Made by a program: the position numbers and the translations under genes
Shown here: in pieces, positions 39,273 to 49,067 of the stretch
Layout: each line of letters starts with the position of its first letter
How positions within the stretch are numbered: the stretch's first letter is position 1
Notes under the pieces: generated by a model
Seen by the model: only the letters and a program-made list of their open reading frames with translations
The model's database searches: none
Told to the model about the DNA's origin: nothing
Source: Trueperaceae bacterium
Lineage (GTDB): Bacteria; Deinococcota; Deinococci; Deinococcales; Trueperaceae
Length of the DNA: 64,000 nucleotides
NCBI GenBank assembly: GCA_965214405.1
Contig: OZ243956.1
Span: 416,001 to 480,000, forward strand
Direction of reading: 5' to 3'

Positions 39273-39354
39273 GTTCAAAGTTTAGTACGAAGTTCTTGAG
39301 TTACGGTGAGGGAAAGTTCAGGTTGGTTCATAAAAAAGCGGCCCGTAGGCCGCT
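39259..39354. repeat. Copy 1 of a diverged ~95-bp terminator-promoter duplication
   Basis: Aligns with 39935-40027; includes identical AAAAAGCGGCCCGTAGGCCGCT. Confidence 0.8.
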
Positions 39355-39379
39355 GAACACACAATGTGGCAAATAGGAT

Positions 39380-39844
39380 TTAATTACAGTTGTTTTGAAC
39401 AGAAAGGTTTGGAGACCTTAACAGTGTGGTAGTTCCATTGGCTCCTCGCACCTCAACTCTAATACGAGTGGTGCCTGACACATTAATAGCTTCTGGAGAA
39501 ATCGCAGTAGGCGCAGGATTGTTCGGAGTCACAGTGAACGTATAACTTACGCGTCCGTCCGCACCGATGCTAACACCGGGGCTCGAGGGCGTGAGGTCAC
39601 GGACATATTTCTCTTCATTGCCGCTCTCGCTACCACTCACAAGTGATGAAGTCCAGCTTTCTAGGGTGCCCACATAGCCAAAGCTATAGGTGATTTGAGT
39701 GTTTCTATCGTTGCAGATGAAATACTGGTTGGTGTCTGCATCAAAAAACTCCGTAGTGTAGTCGGGGTCTTGTACCCCCTCGAGCGCCGAACAGGCGCTC
39801 AGCGTGACGGCGAGAACTAACCCCAACAGGTAAAAACGTTTCAT
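39380..39844 (-). CDS. Uncharacterised lipoprotein
   Basis: LSAC lipobox; GGAGG RBS. Confidence 0.75.
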   Translation of the reverse strand: MKRFYLLGLVLAVTLSACSALEGVQDPDYTTEFFDADTNQYFICNDRNTQITYSFGYVGTLESWTSSLVSGSESGNEEKYVRDLTPSSPGVSIGADGRVSYTFTVTPNNPAPTAISPEAINVSGTTRIRVEVRGANGTTTLLRSPNLSVQNNCN

Positions 39845-39934
39845 GCTTTCCTCCCTTTCTCCCCCCTCAACTTAACCGCTGCTGGACCCGTTCGGAGGTG
39901 AATTTCGCACATACCCGCGCGGCCTTTAACAGCG

Positions 39935-40027
39935 AAGCGTCGCATCATGTTTGAAGTTTAGTCCAAAATTTGCAGGTTGCGGTGAGGAAAAGTTTAGTCC
40001 ACATGAAAAAGCGGCCCGTAGGCCGCT
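39935..40027. repeat. Copy 2 of the terminator-promoter duplication
   Basis: Aligns with 39259-39354. Confidence 0.8.
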
Positions 40028-40045
40028 CCAAAGTGGTAGCAAACC

Positions 40046-40927
40046 CTAAAACGTTATCGTATATTTCGAACTGTCAGAAGGTCCAGCGGTGGCGTTTTGC
40101 GACGTGACCCGCGCGTAAACGAGCCTGCTACCAAACACCTCGGTGCTGGCGGTTTGGCTGTTCGGGCTTACGAAGAGAACGTCGAGAAGCGCGTTCGTAT
40201 TTGCGTCGAAGATTCTCGCCTGGATGTTGATGTTGACGTTGTTGGGCGTGGTCGACAGGGTAACCTGCGTCGTCTCAACGTCGCTCCTAAAACAGTCGAC
40301 ATCGCTTAGCGTCTCGAGCGCGCCCACATAACCCTGCGGGTCCGGCGTCACGATGATGGCGCTCGCGCTCAAACTCCCGCAGTCGTTGTTGGCGGGTTCG
40401 GTGGAGTCGGCGTAGGCTTTGTCGTAGGCGTACAGGTTAAAGGTGACGGGGGTGGGGCTCGAGGTGCTCACCCTGACGTAAAAGGTGGCCTCGGTGTTGT
40501 CGGTAATTACGCAAGGCCCCAAGCAAACGGCGTTGACGGCGATGGCCTGCGGCAGCGCGTCCGAGGCGGCCCCGGCAGTGGTCCCGGCAATGGAGGGCGA
40601 CAGGGGAGAAAACCAGGCCTTGTCGTTGCTCGTCGCCAGGGCTGTTTTGTCATTCCCGTAGACCGTGACGGTGAGCGTGTCGTCACCCTCGGCGGTCGCT
40701 TCAACGTAAAGGAGCGGGTCCGAGAGCGCGTCAGGAACGTTGACCTGGTAGTAGACGGGGGCGTTCGCGGTGACCGTGTCGCTAGCCAAGGACGGCGGCT
40801 GGTCGCCCTCAGCCGAGGCGGTGACGACGGAAGCGCCCAAAAAAGGGTCGGGCGTGACGGTCACCTCACAGGCGCTTATCAGGACCGCAGCCGAAAGAAG
40901 CGTCAAAAGGGAAAGATACTTCATCAC
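40046..40927 (-). CDS. Uncharacterised lipoprotein
   Basis: ISAC lipobox; AGGAGG RBS; Thr/Ser-rich, predicted beta-rich. Confidence 0.75.
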   Translation of the reverse strand: MMKYLSLLTLLSAAVLISACEVTVTPDPFLGASVVTASAEGDQPPSLASDTVTANAPVYYQVNVPDALSDPLLYVEATAEGDDTLTVTVYGNDKTALATSNDKAWFSPLSPSIAGTTAGAASDALPQAIAVNAVCLGPCVITDNTEATFYVRVSTSSPTPVTFNLYAYDKAYADSTEPANNDCGSLSASAIIVTPDPQGYVGALETLSDVDCFRSDVETTQVTLSTTPNNVNINIQARIFDANTNALLDVLFVSPNSQTASTEVFGSRLVYARVTSQNATAGPSDSSKYTITF

Positions 40928-41028
40928 TCAAACCTCCTAAAATTGCCAAACTCGCGCTCAGTTTAACGTGAGCGCGAGCGCCGTGTGTGAGTTCGCTCAC
41001 AGGCGGTAACGACCTGACGGCTTGCTTG

Positions 41029-42648
41029 CTACTCGAGCGCCATCACATAATAGTAAAGGTCGGGCGCGCCGGGGTGAAGCTCCAACTCCAAATCGGGGAA
41101 GCGCTCCCCCAACCGCGCCACCAAGCCCTCGGCTTCTTCTTGCTCGACCGCCGGGCTGTAGAAGAGGGTGGCGATGTCGTAATCATCGTTGTCGGCGGCT
41201 TCCAACATCTGCATAACGCAAACGTCGGGCCGGGGGGCGGTGATTTTGAGCTCGCCGTTGACGAGGCCGATATAGTCGCCCGCGGACACTTCTAGGCCGT
41301 CCAACGAGGCGTCACGGCTCGCGGTGGTGACTTCCAGGGTGAGCGCGTGCGCCACGGCGTCTTGCATCTCCTCAAAAAGCTCGTCCGCTTCGGCACCTTC
41401 GTTAAAAAGCACCGCGGCGGCGAGGCCCTGGCCGATACTTTTGGTCGGCAAAACCTTGACAGTCTTGCCCTCGACGAGTTCGCCCACACGTCCGGCGGCC
41501 AGGATGATGTTTTTGTTGTTGGGCATGACGATGACCGTGGGCGCGCCCACGCTGCGCACCGCGTCGGCGATATCCTGGACGCTCGGGTTGTTCGTCTGAC
41601 CGCCGCCGACGACCCTCGCGCCCAAGGAGCGGAACACCTTGGTCACACCGTAGCCCGCGCTCACCGCCACGAGCGCGGTTTTGGGTCTTTCCGCCGCCGC
41701 GTCGCTGGGGCTCTCACCCGCCAGAATCTCGTGGTGCTGCTCGCTCATGTCTTCGACCTTGGAGCGGACCATCGTGCCGTAGCGGGCCACGGTGGCGAGC
41801 AGTTTTTCGGGTTCTTCGGTGTGGATGTGGCCCTTGACGAAGCCCTCAGCCCCGACCACGAGCAGCGAGTCGCCAAAGGGCGCGACGAGTTCTTGAATCT
41901 CGGTCGTCGGCACGCGCACGTTTGACAGCAAGAACTCGGTGCAGAAACCGAACTCCTCCTCGTCAAACTGCGTCTGCGCTCGAGCCTCGACGGTGGGGGC
42001 CTCCGGCAGCGCCCGACCTTCATAAGCCGCGATGATGCCCTCCAACATCCGCAAGAAACCCAGGCCGCCTGCGTCCACCACGCCCGCCTGTTTGAGCAGG
42101 GGCAGCATGTCGGGGGTTTCGCGTAGGGCGGTGCGGCCCGCCTCGAGCGCGTCACGAAGCACTTGCAGGGGCTCCACCGCCTCCGCCTCCGCCGCGCCGT
42201 CCGCGGCGCGGCGCACGACGGTCAAAATGGTGCCCTCGACGGGCTTCATCACCGCGGCGTAGGCGCTCTTGGTGGCGCTCTTCAAGGCGGCCACGCACTC
42301 GGGCGCGCCCAGCGTTTTGTAGTCGCGGACGGCCTCGGCGAAGCCTTTGAGGACCTGGCTCAAAATCACGCCCGAGTTGCCGCGCGCGCCCAAGAGAGAG
42401 CCGTAAGAAAGCGCGTGCGCGAATTCGGCCATCTTTTTGGGGTTTTCTTCGCTCAGTTGCCGACGCACCGATTGCAGGGTGAGGTGCATGTTGGTGCCCG
42501 TGTCGCCGTCGGGCACGGGGTAGACGTTGAGCGCGTTCACCTCGTCTACGTAGACGCCCAACCAGTCGGTCGCAAACGAAAAGGCGGCGCAGAGGTCTTT
42601 GGGGCCGAGCGCCTTGGGCGCTCTCGGTAAGCTCATCACGTCAGCCAC
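41029..42648 (-). CDS. DAK2-domain protein (fatty acid kinase FakA/YloV-like)
   Basis: NALNVYPVPDGDTGTNM, GARGNSGVILSQ, EGTILTV, VDAGG, GGQTNNPS. Confidence 0.92.
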   Translation of the reverse strand: MADVMSLPRAPKALGPKDLCAAFSFATDWLGVYVDEVNALNVYPVPDGDTGTNMHLTLQSVRRQLSEENPKKMAEFAHALSYGSLLGARGNSGVILSQVLKGFAEAVRDYKTLGAPECVAALKSATKSAYAAVMKPVEGTILTVVRRAADGAAEAEAVEPLQVLRDALEAGRTALRETPDMLPLLKQAGVVDAGGLGFLRMLEGIIAAYEGRALPEAPTVEARAQTQFDEEEFGFCTEFLLSNVRVPTTEIQELVAPFGDSLLVVGAEGFVKGHIHTEEPEKLLATVARYGTMVRSKVEDMSEQHHEILAGESPSDAAAERPKTALVAVSAGYGVTKVFRSLGARVVGGGQTNNPSVQDIADAVRSVGAPTVIVMPNNKNIILAAGRVGELVEGKTVKVLPTKSIGQGLAAAVLFNEGAEADELFEEMQDAVAHALTLEVTTASRDASLDGLEVSAGDYIGLVNGELKITAPRPDVCVMQMLEAADNDDYDIATLFYSPAVEQEEAEGLVARLGERFPDLELELHPGAPDLYYYVMALE

Positions 42649-43126
42649 GGCTCACCCCCGCCACATGCACCATCACCTGCGGAACCGACACGCCCGCGTA
42701 GGCCTGGGCCGCGTACTGAACGCGCTCGCGCACGCTTTCGGCGACCACCGGGATGTTGACGCCGTAGGCGACGACCACGTAAAGGTCTATCCCGTAGAGA
42801 GTTGCAGGAGCGGTTTCTTGCCCCTCGAGCCGACTCACCACCACGCCCTCGTCAGCCTGCCTCACGCCCAAAATGCGTTTGAGCCCCTCACGAATCGTCG
42901 CGGGGGCCATGCCCACCACCCCCGGCACCTCGTGCGCGGCGAGCCCGATAAGCGTCGCCAAGGCCTCGTCCGTGACGGTAACCCGGTCTCTTCCGTTCAC
43001 CGCCAGCTTGCCTGACGACTCCCCAACGAGCGTCTTGTTGACCTTGTTGACCGCGGGTTTCGGCGCGACCTTGTTTCGTTCGGACCCCTTTTGTTCGAGC
43101 CCCTTTTGTTCGGACCACATATCCAT
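42641..43126 (-). CDS. Asp23/Gls24 family protein (YloU-like)
   Basis: AAHEVPGVVGM, VVVAYGVNIP; usual position upstream of DAK2. Confidence 0.85.
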   Translation of the reverse strand: MDMWSEQKGLEQKGSERNKVAPKPAVNKVNKTLVGESSGKLAVNGRDRVTVTDEALATLIGLAAHEVPGVVGMAPATIREGLKRILGVRQADEGVVVSRLEGQETAPATLYGIDLYVVVAYGVNIPVVAESVRERVQYAAQAYAGVSVPQVMVHVAGVSRG

Positions 43127-43285
43127 CGCAACTCCCTCGAGAAGACTCTAAAGTAGCCTATAAAACTCTAATAAGGCGCATTCTACCCCCTAACGGTTCT
43201 CCAGACCACGTTTCGCGCGTCTATCTGCCTTTTTGAGGTTTGATTAACACCTGGTTAACACTCGGCTCGAGGCGCGTGAGAGGGC

Positions 43286-43597
43286 CTAAAGGCCTTCCCA
43301 CGGCTCGAGCTCCAGCGAGCGCGCCGTGACTTCCACACGCGAGGAGACAAAATCGTCTACCTTGTTGAGCATCCCCTCGAGCCAGATTGCGTCGCTGCTA
43401 AGCGCCGTCGCGCCGATAAGCTCCCAGGTGTGGCTCTCCAAACCGTCCAACCGCGCGACCGAGACCGGGAAACGCGCCTTGAGCTTTTCGGTGATGGGCA
43501 GCACCAGCCCGCGCTTTTCTTTTAGCGAATGCGCCCAGGGCGTGCTCAAGCGGGCCAGATAAACGCCGATGTAAAGGGTCGCGGGGTCGTGTGACAT
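43286..43597 (-). CDS. DUF503 family protein
   Basis: HSLKEKR...RFPVSVA motif. Confidence 0.8.
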   Translation of the reverse strand: MSHDPATLYIGVYLARLSTPWAHSLKEKRGLVLPITEKLKARFPVSVARLDGLESHTWELIGATALSSDAIWLEGMLNKVDDFVSSRVEVTARSLELEPWEGL

Positions 43598-43636
43598 GAG
43601 TAAAGCGTCAAAAAGCGAGAGCCGAACGCTTCAACG

Positions 43637-43846
43637 CTACACCATCCCTGCCAAGAAGCCGATGCGCCGGAGCGCCCGAATCAAGTCCATGACGGTCAGC
43701 TCGCCGGGGTCGTATTCGACGGCGGCCTGACCGTCGAGTCCGGCGTTGGCGCTGCTCACGCCCCCGATGTCGCGCAGGGTCTTTTGCACCTTGGCGGCGG
43801 CTTCTTGGGTGTCCATGCCGCGCACGCCGAGTAACACTCGAGCCAT
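43637..43846 (-). CDS. HMA-fold small protein lacking the CxxC motif
   Basis: VRGMDTQEAA...GGV...VEYDP...IGF follows the HMA pattern but has no Cys. Confidence 0.7.
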   Translation of the reverse strand: MARVLLGVRGMDTQEAAAKVQKTLRDIGGVSSANAGLDGQAAVEYDPGELTVMDLIRALRRIGFLAGMV

Positions 43847-43848
43847 CC

Positions 43849-44319
43849 TCACGCCTCCTTTTGCGCGCCCCGAGACCCAAGGATGCGCTCAAATATCACG
43901 TAGTCCTTGAGACCGTAGCTTTTCTCGGTTAGCGCCCTTCGTCCCAACGCATCCCCCGCGGGGAGGAGCGCTTGCAAGTCGTACACCGCCGCGTCATAGG
44001 CGCTCTTGGTGACCGCTTCGACGAGCGCCAAACACGCGTCTAAGTCTTCCAAACTCGCATCATCCGGGTCCATAACCGCGAGCCGGTTGAGATAAACCGT
44101 CGGACGCGCGCCGTTCCAGACGGCCTGCGCGAACGCGAAGCCGACCTCCCGCCCGGAACGTACCGCCACAAAAGCGTGACCGCTCCGCACGTAAAAGGAG
44201 AGTGAGGCGCGCGAGACCAAGGGCTCGAGTTCAAAACGCCGCGCGTAGGCCGCGTCAACGGGCGCTAAAACGTCCTCGTCGTCGGGCGTTAGCGGTCTAG
44301 CAAAGACGAGGCTTCCCAT
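43849..44319 (-). CDS. DUF1999-like (GNAT-fold) protein
   Basis: [33 protein letters not shown] resemble the Deinococcus/Thermus family. Confidence 0.7.
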   Translation of the reverse strand: MGSLVFARPLTPDDEDVLAPVDAAYARRFELEPLVSRASLSFYVRSGHAFVAVRSGREVGFAFAQAVWNGARPTVYLNRLAVMDPDDASLEDLDACLALVEAVTKSAYDAAVYDLQALLPAGDALGRRALTEKSYGLKDYVIFERILGSRGAQKEA

Positions 44320-44771
44320 AAACCCGACTTTCCCCCCTCTTTTCTTAACAGACGGATGTTTTCAATCATGATGCCCTTGCCCTTGCCCTTGAGCATGTCG
44401 TAAAGCGTCAAACACGCGACGCTCGCCGCGGTGAGCGCCTCCATCTCGACGCCTGTGGGGCCGGTCGTTTTGCAGGTCGCGGTAAAGCGCACCCGCCGCG
44501 CCTCCTCTTCGAGCGTGCCCGCCACCGCCACCTTGGTAAGCGGCAGCGGGTGACAGAGCGGGATAAGCTCGCTCGTGCGCTTTGCCGCCATGATGCCCGC
44601 GAGTTCGGCCACCGCGATAGCGTCTCCCTTACTTGTGCCACCCTCTTGTAGCGCTTTCAAAGCCGCCTCCGGCAACGTCACGAAAGCTTCCGCCACCGCG
44701 ACCCTAAGCGTATCGGCCTTGTTTGATACGTCCACCATCACCGCTTTGCCGTTTTCGAAGTGGTTCGACAC
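44289..44771 (-). CDS. moaC: Cyclic pyranopterin monophosphate synthase
   Basis: [35 protein letters not shown]; start GTG 44771, 7 nt after TATACT. Confidence 0.94.
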   Translation of the reverse strand: MSNHFENGKAVMVDVSNKADTLRVAVAEAFVTLPEAALKALQEGGTSKGDAIAVAELAGIMAAKRTSELIPLCHPLPLTKVAVAGTLEEEARRVRFTATCKTTGPTGVEMEALTAASVACLTLYDMLKGKGKGIMIENIRLLRKEGGKSGLWEASSLLDR

Positions 44772-44960
44772 GAGGCTCAGTATACGTGACCGAGGGAGAG
44801 AGTTTGCGTGGGCTTTCTCTCTATGAGAGAACTGTTCAGGTTGCGCTGAGCTTGAAGTCGCTGAGGAAGGCATAGCGAGGAAGTACCGAGACCTGAGTGG
44901 AAAGTCGAAAACAGAGAACAAAACGCTTTTTCTTCTGCTCAAGGCGGTGCGGGAGCCCAG

Positions 44961-45746
44961 TCAACTTCTTTGGTAGATGTTCTCCTCGAGCCCCGCCCAC
45001 GCCGTATACCCCGCCTCGGCAAAATAGAGCCCGTGCGGCGGCACGTTGGGACCCGCGCGTTGGCGGTCGCGTGAGGCGAGGATTTCTGGGATGTCCTCCG
45101 GGGCCAGCTTGCCCTCACCCACGTAAAGCAGCGTGCCGACAACCGCGCGGACCATGTTGCGTAAAAAACCGTCGCCGACGACGTGGAGCGTGAGATTTGG
45201 TTCTTTCACCTCGAGCCTGCACAAGAACAACGTCCGCTCCGTCCCGCGCGTTTCTTGCGTGGCGAGCGCGGCAAAGTCATGTGGACCCTCAAAAAGGGGC
45301 GCGGCGCGCGCCATCGCGTCTAGATCCAGACGCCGCGACAAAAAAAGAATGTGATGACGCTCCAACGCCCGTCCCTGAGTACCTTCTCCCACGAGGCGCA
45401 TCCGGTACACGTAGCGGCGGTAAAGGCAGTCGAACTGAGACTGAAACGTCAGCGGGACCTCTTCGGCTTTCAGTACAACCACGTCCCTCGGCAGGCGCAC
45501 ATTGAGCGCCGGGGGCACTTTATTGACGGGAATGTTGTCTTCGGTATCGTAGTGCGCGACCATTGCGAGCGCGTGGACGCCCGCGTCGGTGCGGCCCGCG
45601 GCCATGATTCTGGGGCGCGCGCCGGGCAAGGTTGCCAGGGCCTTTTCAACCACCCCCTGCACCGTCCTCTCCCCCGTTTTGGCCTGCACCTGCCAGCCGT
45701 AAAAGCCGGTGCCGTCGTACTCGAGCGTGAGCCTGATGCGCCGCAC
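44961..45746 (-). CDS. truA: tRNA pseudouridine(38-40) synthase
   Basis: YDGTGFYGWQ, AGRTDAGVHA, GFLRNMVR. Confidence 0.95.
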   Translation of the reverse strand: MRRIRLTLEYDGTGFYGWQVQAKTGERTVQGVVEKALATLPGARPRIMAAGRTDAGVHALAMVAHYDTEDNIPVNKVPPALNVRLPRDVVVLKAEEVPLTFQSQFDCLYRRYVYRMRLVGEGTQGRALERHHILFLSRRLDLDAMARAAPLFEGPHDFAALATQETRGTERTLFLCRLEVKEPNLTLHVVGDGFLRNMVRAVVGTLLYVGEGKLAPEDIPEILASRDRQRAGPNVPPHGLYFAEAGYTAWAGLEENIYQRS

Positions 45747-45755
45747 AAGGATCGG

Positions 45756-46628
45756 TTAAAGAAGAGGCTTCGCCCGTCGCGGCGTGAGGCGCGCGGCTCT
45801 GGCGAGCAGGGGCGTCAGCGCGAGGCCGGTGTAGCCGAGGGCGAGGTAGCGGACGAACCCCCCCACGGGGTCGCGTTTGACGGCTTCGGGCAGGAGGAGG
45901 CTCGAGCCCACAAGCACCGCGAACACCAGCACCAGGCCGAGCAGCGCGACCAATGCGCGCCGCCACAAGGGCGCGTCGGCGCGGTAGGGGACGAGGGCGG
46001 GCGCGGTAAAAAAGGCCGCGAGGCCGCCCATGAGCAGTTCGGAACTGGGGACGGGCAAAAAGAGGTGAAACGCGAGCGGAGCGCCGATGCCGAGAACAAG
46101 CGTGAGCCACAGGGGCGGCGTCATGCGCGTAAGGAGCGTGTCGACCGCGTAAGCCAGCGCAATCACCCCCACGCCGACGACGAGGCCGCCGACTATATCT
46201 ATGGGTAAGTGAACACCCAGATACACGCGGCTGAGCGAAATGAGCGCGATGATGAGCCCCGCCAAGGCCCAAAACCACCCCCGCCGCAGCCGGAGCGCCA
46301 TGTATCCCCAATAGGTCATGCTCGCCTGCGCGTGACCGCTCGGGAAGCCCGGCCCCGTTCCCGTTTCTCTCGCTAAGTCGCTCCGCACCACCGACGGGTC
46401 CAAAACGTAAGGGCGCGGCGTGTCGAAAAAACTTTTGAGTTCGTAGTTGAGGTAAAAAGAGAGGAGCAAGTAAACGCCGACGTGCCGCCCCAAGCGCGCG
46501 TCCACACCCAAATAGGTAATGACGAGCAGCGCGATGTACGCCTGCTCAGACCCCAGATTGGTAAGAAGCAAAAAAAGCGTGTCGAGCGTTGGCGAGGCCC
46601 AGGTTTGTAGAAAGTGAATCGTCTCCAT
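45756..46628 (-). CDS. PAP2-family membrane phosphatase
   Basis: K...PRP, FPSGH, SRVYLGVH. Confidence 0.88.
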   Translation of the reverse strand: METIHFLQTWASPTLDTLFLLLTNLGSEQAYIALLVITYLGVDARLGRHVGVYLLLSFYLNYELKSFFDTPRPYVLDPSVVRSDLARETGTGPGFPSGHAQASMTYWGYMALRLRRGWFWALAGLIIALISLSRVYLGVHLPIDIVGGLVVGVGVIALAYAVDTLLTRMTPPLWLTLVLGIGAPLAFHLFLPVPSSELLMGGLAAFFTAPALVPYRADAPLWRRALVALLGLVLVFAVLVGSSLLLPEAVKRDPVGGFVRYLALGYTGLALTPLLARAARLTPRRAKPLL

Positions 46629-46742
46629 GTGTTTCCTTTGTATCCCCTCAGTATCTCCTCGAAATCCGCCTCATCCTAGCATCCGACTAACCCAGTAAGC
46701 GGGGACGTTGAACCGGGCTCGAGGACGTGCAAGCATACAAAA

Positions 46743-48050
46743 ATGAATACGACGCATTCACAAGAACTCTTCGGACGCGCCCAGCGCCTCATCCCCGGCG
46801 GCGTCAACTCCCCCGTGCGCGCTTTCGGCTCCGTCGGCGGCACGCCGAGGTTTATCAAAAGGGCCGAGGGCGCTAAGCTTTGGGACGTAGACGGCAACGA
46901 ATATATCGACGCCGTCGGCTCGTGGGGGCCGATGATTTTGGGGCACGCGCACCCAAAAGTGTTAGAGGCGATTCAAGACGCGCTAAGCGACGGGACGAGT
47001 TTTGGCGCGCCCACCGAGCGTGAGGTGCGTATGGCCGAACTCGTGCTGGGGCGCTACGGAGGCTGCGACCGCCTCCGCTTCGTCAACTCGGGCACCGAGG
47101 CCACGATGAGCGCCTTGCGCGTCGCGCGGGGCGCAACGGGGCGAGACTTTATCGTCAAGTTCGCGGGCAACTACCACGGTCACGCGGACGCGCTCTTGGT
47201 CGCGGCGGGTTCGGGCGCGATGACGACGGGGGTGCCCTCGAGCGCAGGCGTCCCCCAGGACACCGCCAAAACCACCCTCGTCGCGCGTTACAACGATCTG
47301 GACTCGGTGCGTGAACTTTTTGAAGCGCACCCGGACGAGATTGCGGCGGTGATTCTCGAGCCCGTCGTCGGCAACATGGGCGTGGTCGTGCCGACAAGTG
47401 AATTTTTGGAGGGCTTACGCGCCCTCACCCGGCAGCACGGCGCGCTGCTCGTGGCCGACGAGGTGATGACGGGGTTTCGCCTCGCACCGGGCGGCGCGGT
47501 GGAGCGCCTTGGCATCGACGCCGATTTGGTGTGTTGGGGCAAGATTATCGGCGGCGGTTTGCCTGTTGGGGCTTACGGCGGCAAGGGTGAACTGATGGAC
47601 CAGGTGTCGCCCATCGGCAAGGTGTATCAGGCGGGCACCCTGTCGGGCAACCCGCTGGCGATGGCGGCGGGCATCGCCACGCTGGAAACGATGAACGAGA
47701 CGCCCGACCTTTATGAGGTGTTGGAGGCGCGGACGGAGAGGCTCGAGCGTGGTCTCCACGAAGCCGCCGAGGGCGCAGGCGTTCCCGTCACCATCAACCG
47801 CATCGGCTCGATGATTACGGTGTTCTTTACAGATGAGCCGGTGACTGATTTTGAGAGCGCGAGCGCTACCGATACCGTACGCTTCGGGAAATGGTTTCAC
47901 GGCTTATTGGAGCGCGGCGTCTACTGGCCCGCGAGCGCCTTTGAGGCGGCCTTCTTTTCGTATGCGCATTCGGAAGAGGACATGGACATTATCGTGGCGG
48001 CGGCGCGCGGGTCATTTACGGAGGTGGCGAAAGCCGGGAAAAGAGGATGA
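46743..48050 (+). CDS. hemL: Glutamate-1-semialdehyde 2,1-aminomutase
   Basis: IPGGVNSPVRAF, NSGTEATM, DEVMTGFR, GKIIGGGLPVG, YQAGTLSGNP. Confidence 0.96.
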   Translation: MNTTHSQELFGRAQRLIPGGVNSPVRAFGSVGGTPRFIKRAEGAKLWDVDGNEYIDAVGSWGPMILGHAHPKVLEAIQDALSDGTSFGAPTEREVRMAELVLGRYGGCDRLRFVNSGTEATMSALRVARGATGRDFIVKFAGNYHGHADALLVAAGSGAMTTGVPSSAGVPQDTAKTTLVARYNDLDSVRELFEAHPDEIAAVILEPVVGNMGVVVPTSEFLEGLRALTRQHGALLVADEVMTGFRLAPGGAVERLGIDADLVCWGKIIGGGLPVGAYGGKGELMDQVSPIGKVYQAGTLSGNPLAMAAGIATLETMNETPDLYEVLEARTERLERGLHEAAEGAGVPVTINRIGSMITVFFTDEPVTDFESASATDTVRFGKWFHGLLERGVYWPASAFEAAFFSYAHSEEDMDIIVAAARGSFTEVAKAGKRG

Positions 48051-48140
48051 CCCACAGTTCTCCATTTGCATCGTTGCTAAGCTTACAAAGCTTGAATTTA
48101 TGCTCAAGCCTTGTCAATAAACTTTGTAAAGGGGGAAAGT

Positions 48141-48866
48141 ATGAAAATAATCAAGTTTTTGTCTCTGGCATTGGCCCTCACGTTTTTCGTGTCGGCTTCG
48201 GCACAGGTCTTCGACTCCAATCTCTTTGAACCACTTGGGGACGTGACTGTCGGAGATTACGGCGTATATGACGTAGCCGACAGTGGCCGCATCATCTTGT
48301 CGGCCACCACGCCCACCGACCAGGAGCCCAATTACGACGTGGTGGGACCCAACAACTACTATGAACGCTTCGACATCTCGGACAATCCCGGTGACGAGCG
48401 GGGGCTCGAGAACTTGCTACCCGGCGTCTACTCCATCGCCGCCTCGGACGAAGGCTTGCAGCTTTCCGCCACCTTAGTCGAGGTGCGCGCGGGCGAAACC
48501 GTGCCGGTGAACTTCAACCTGCAACCGATGGACACGGCGGCGTATGACATCGCCGACTATTCGCCCTACGCGTACGGCTACTCGGCGGACTACAACACGC
48601 TGGGAACCTATACGCCTTACGACAACCCCGACTTGGGCAGCGTCGTGGTGACGGCTGACATTCCCGGCACTGAGGTTATCGTCACCGGCCCCAACGGCTA
48701 CAGCGAGAACTTCGAGACCCAGGCGACGCTGGACGACCTGCCCCCCGGCACCTACGTGGTGGCCGCGACGGGACAGGGCTACGACACCTCCAGGAACGTT
48801 TTTGAGGTCCGCGCGGGTGAGAGGCTCGAGACCACGACGTCGGTCGCCGCTACCACTGCACAGTAA
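48141..48866 (+). CDS. Secreted protein with two PEGA/carboxypeptidase-regulatory-like repeats
   Basis: Signal peptide ending ASA; repeats GPNNY...LLPGVY...EVRAGE and GPNGY...LPPGTY...EVRAGE. Confidence 0.65.
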   Translation: MKIIKFLSLALALTFFVSASAQVFDSNLFEPLGDVTVGDYGVYDVADSGRIILSATTPTDQEPNYDVVGPNNYYERFDISDNPGDERGLENLLPGVYSIAASDEGLQLSATLVEVRAGETVPVNFNLQPMDTAAYDIADYSPYAYGYSADYNTLGTYTPYDNPDLGSVVVTADIPGTEVIVTGPNGYSENFETQATLDDLPPGTYVVAATGQGYDTSRNVFEVRAGERLETTTSVAATTAQ

Positions 48867-48912
48867 ACCCACAATGACGAACGTGGCTTAGCGGAATAAA
48901 TCGGTACTAAGG

Positions 48913-48940
48913 ATGCCGGGATTTCAAGTCCCGGCATTTT
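48913..48940 (+). terminator. Intrinsic terminator
   Basis: ATGCCGGGA...TCCCGGCAT followed by T-run. Confidence 0.7.
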
Positions 48941-49067
48941 CTTGTTTGCGTTTAGGAACCGCTATTCTGTCAGCTCGAGCTGTTGACACAAGAAAAAGTG
49001 CGCAAGAAAGCGTCGTACGTCCTCCTATTTTTCTCGTCTCTTTGCACCGCTGGGGTAGGATAAAAGA

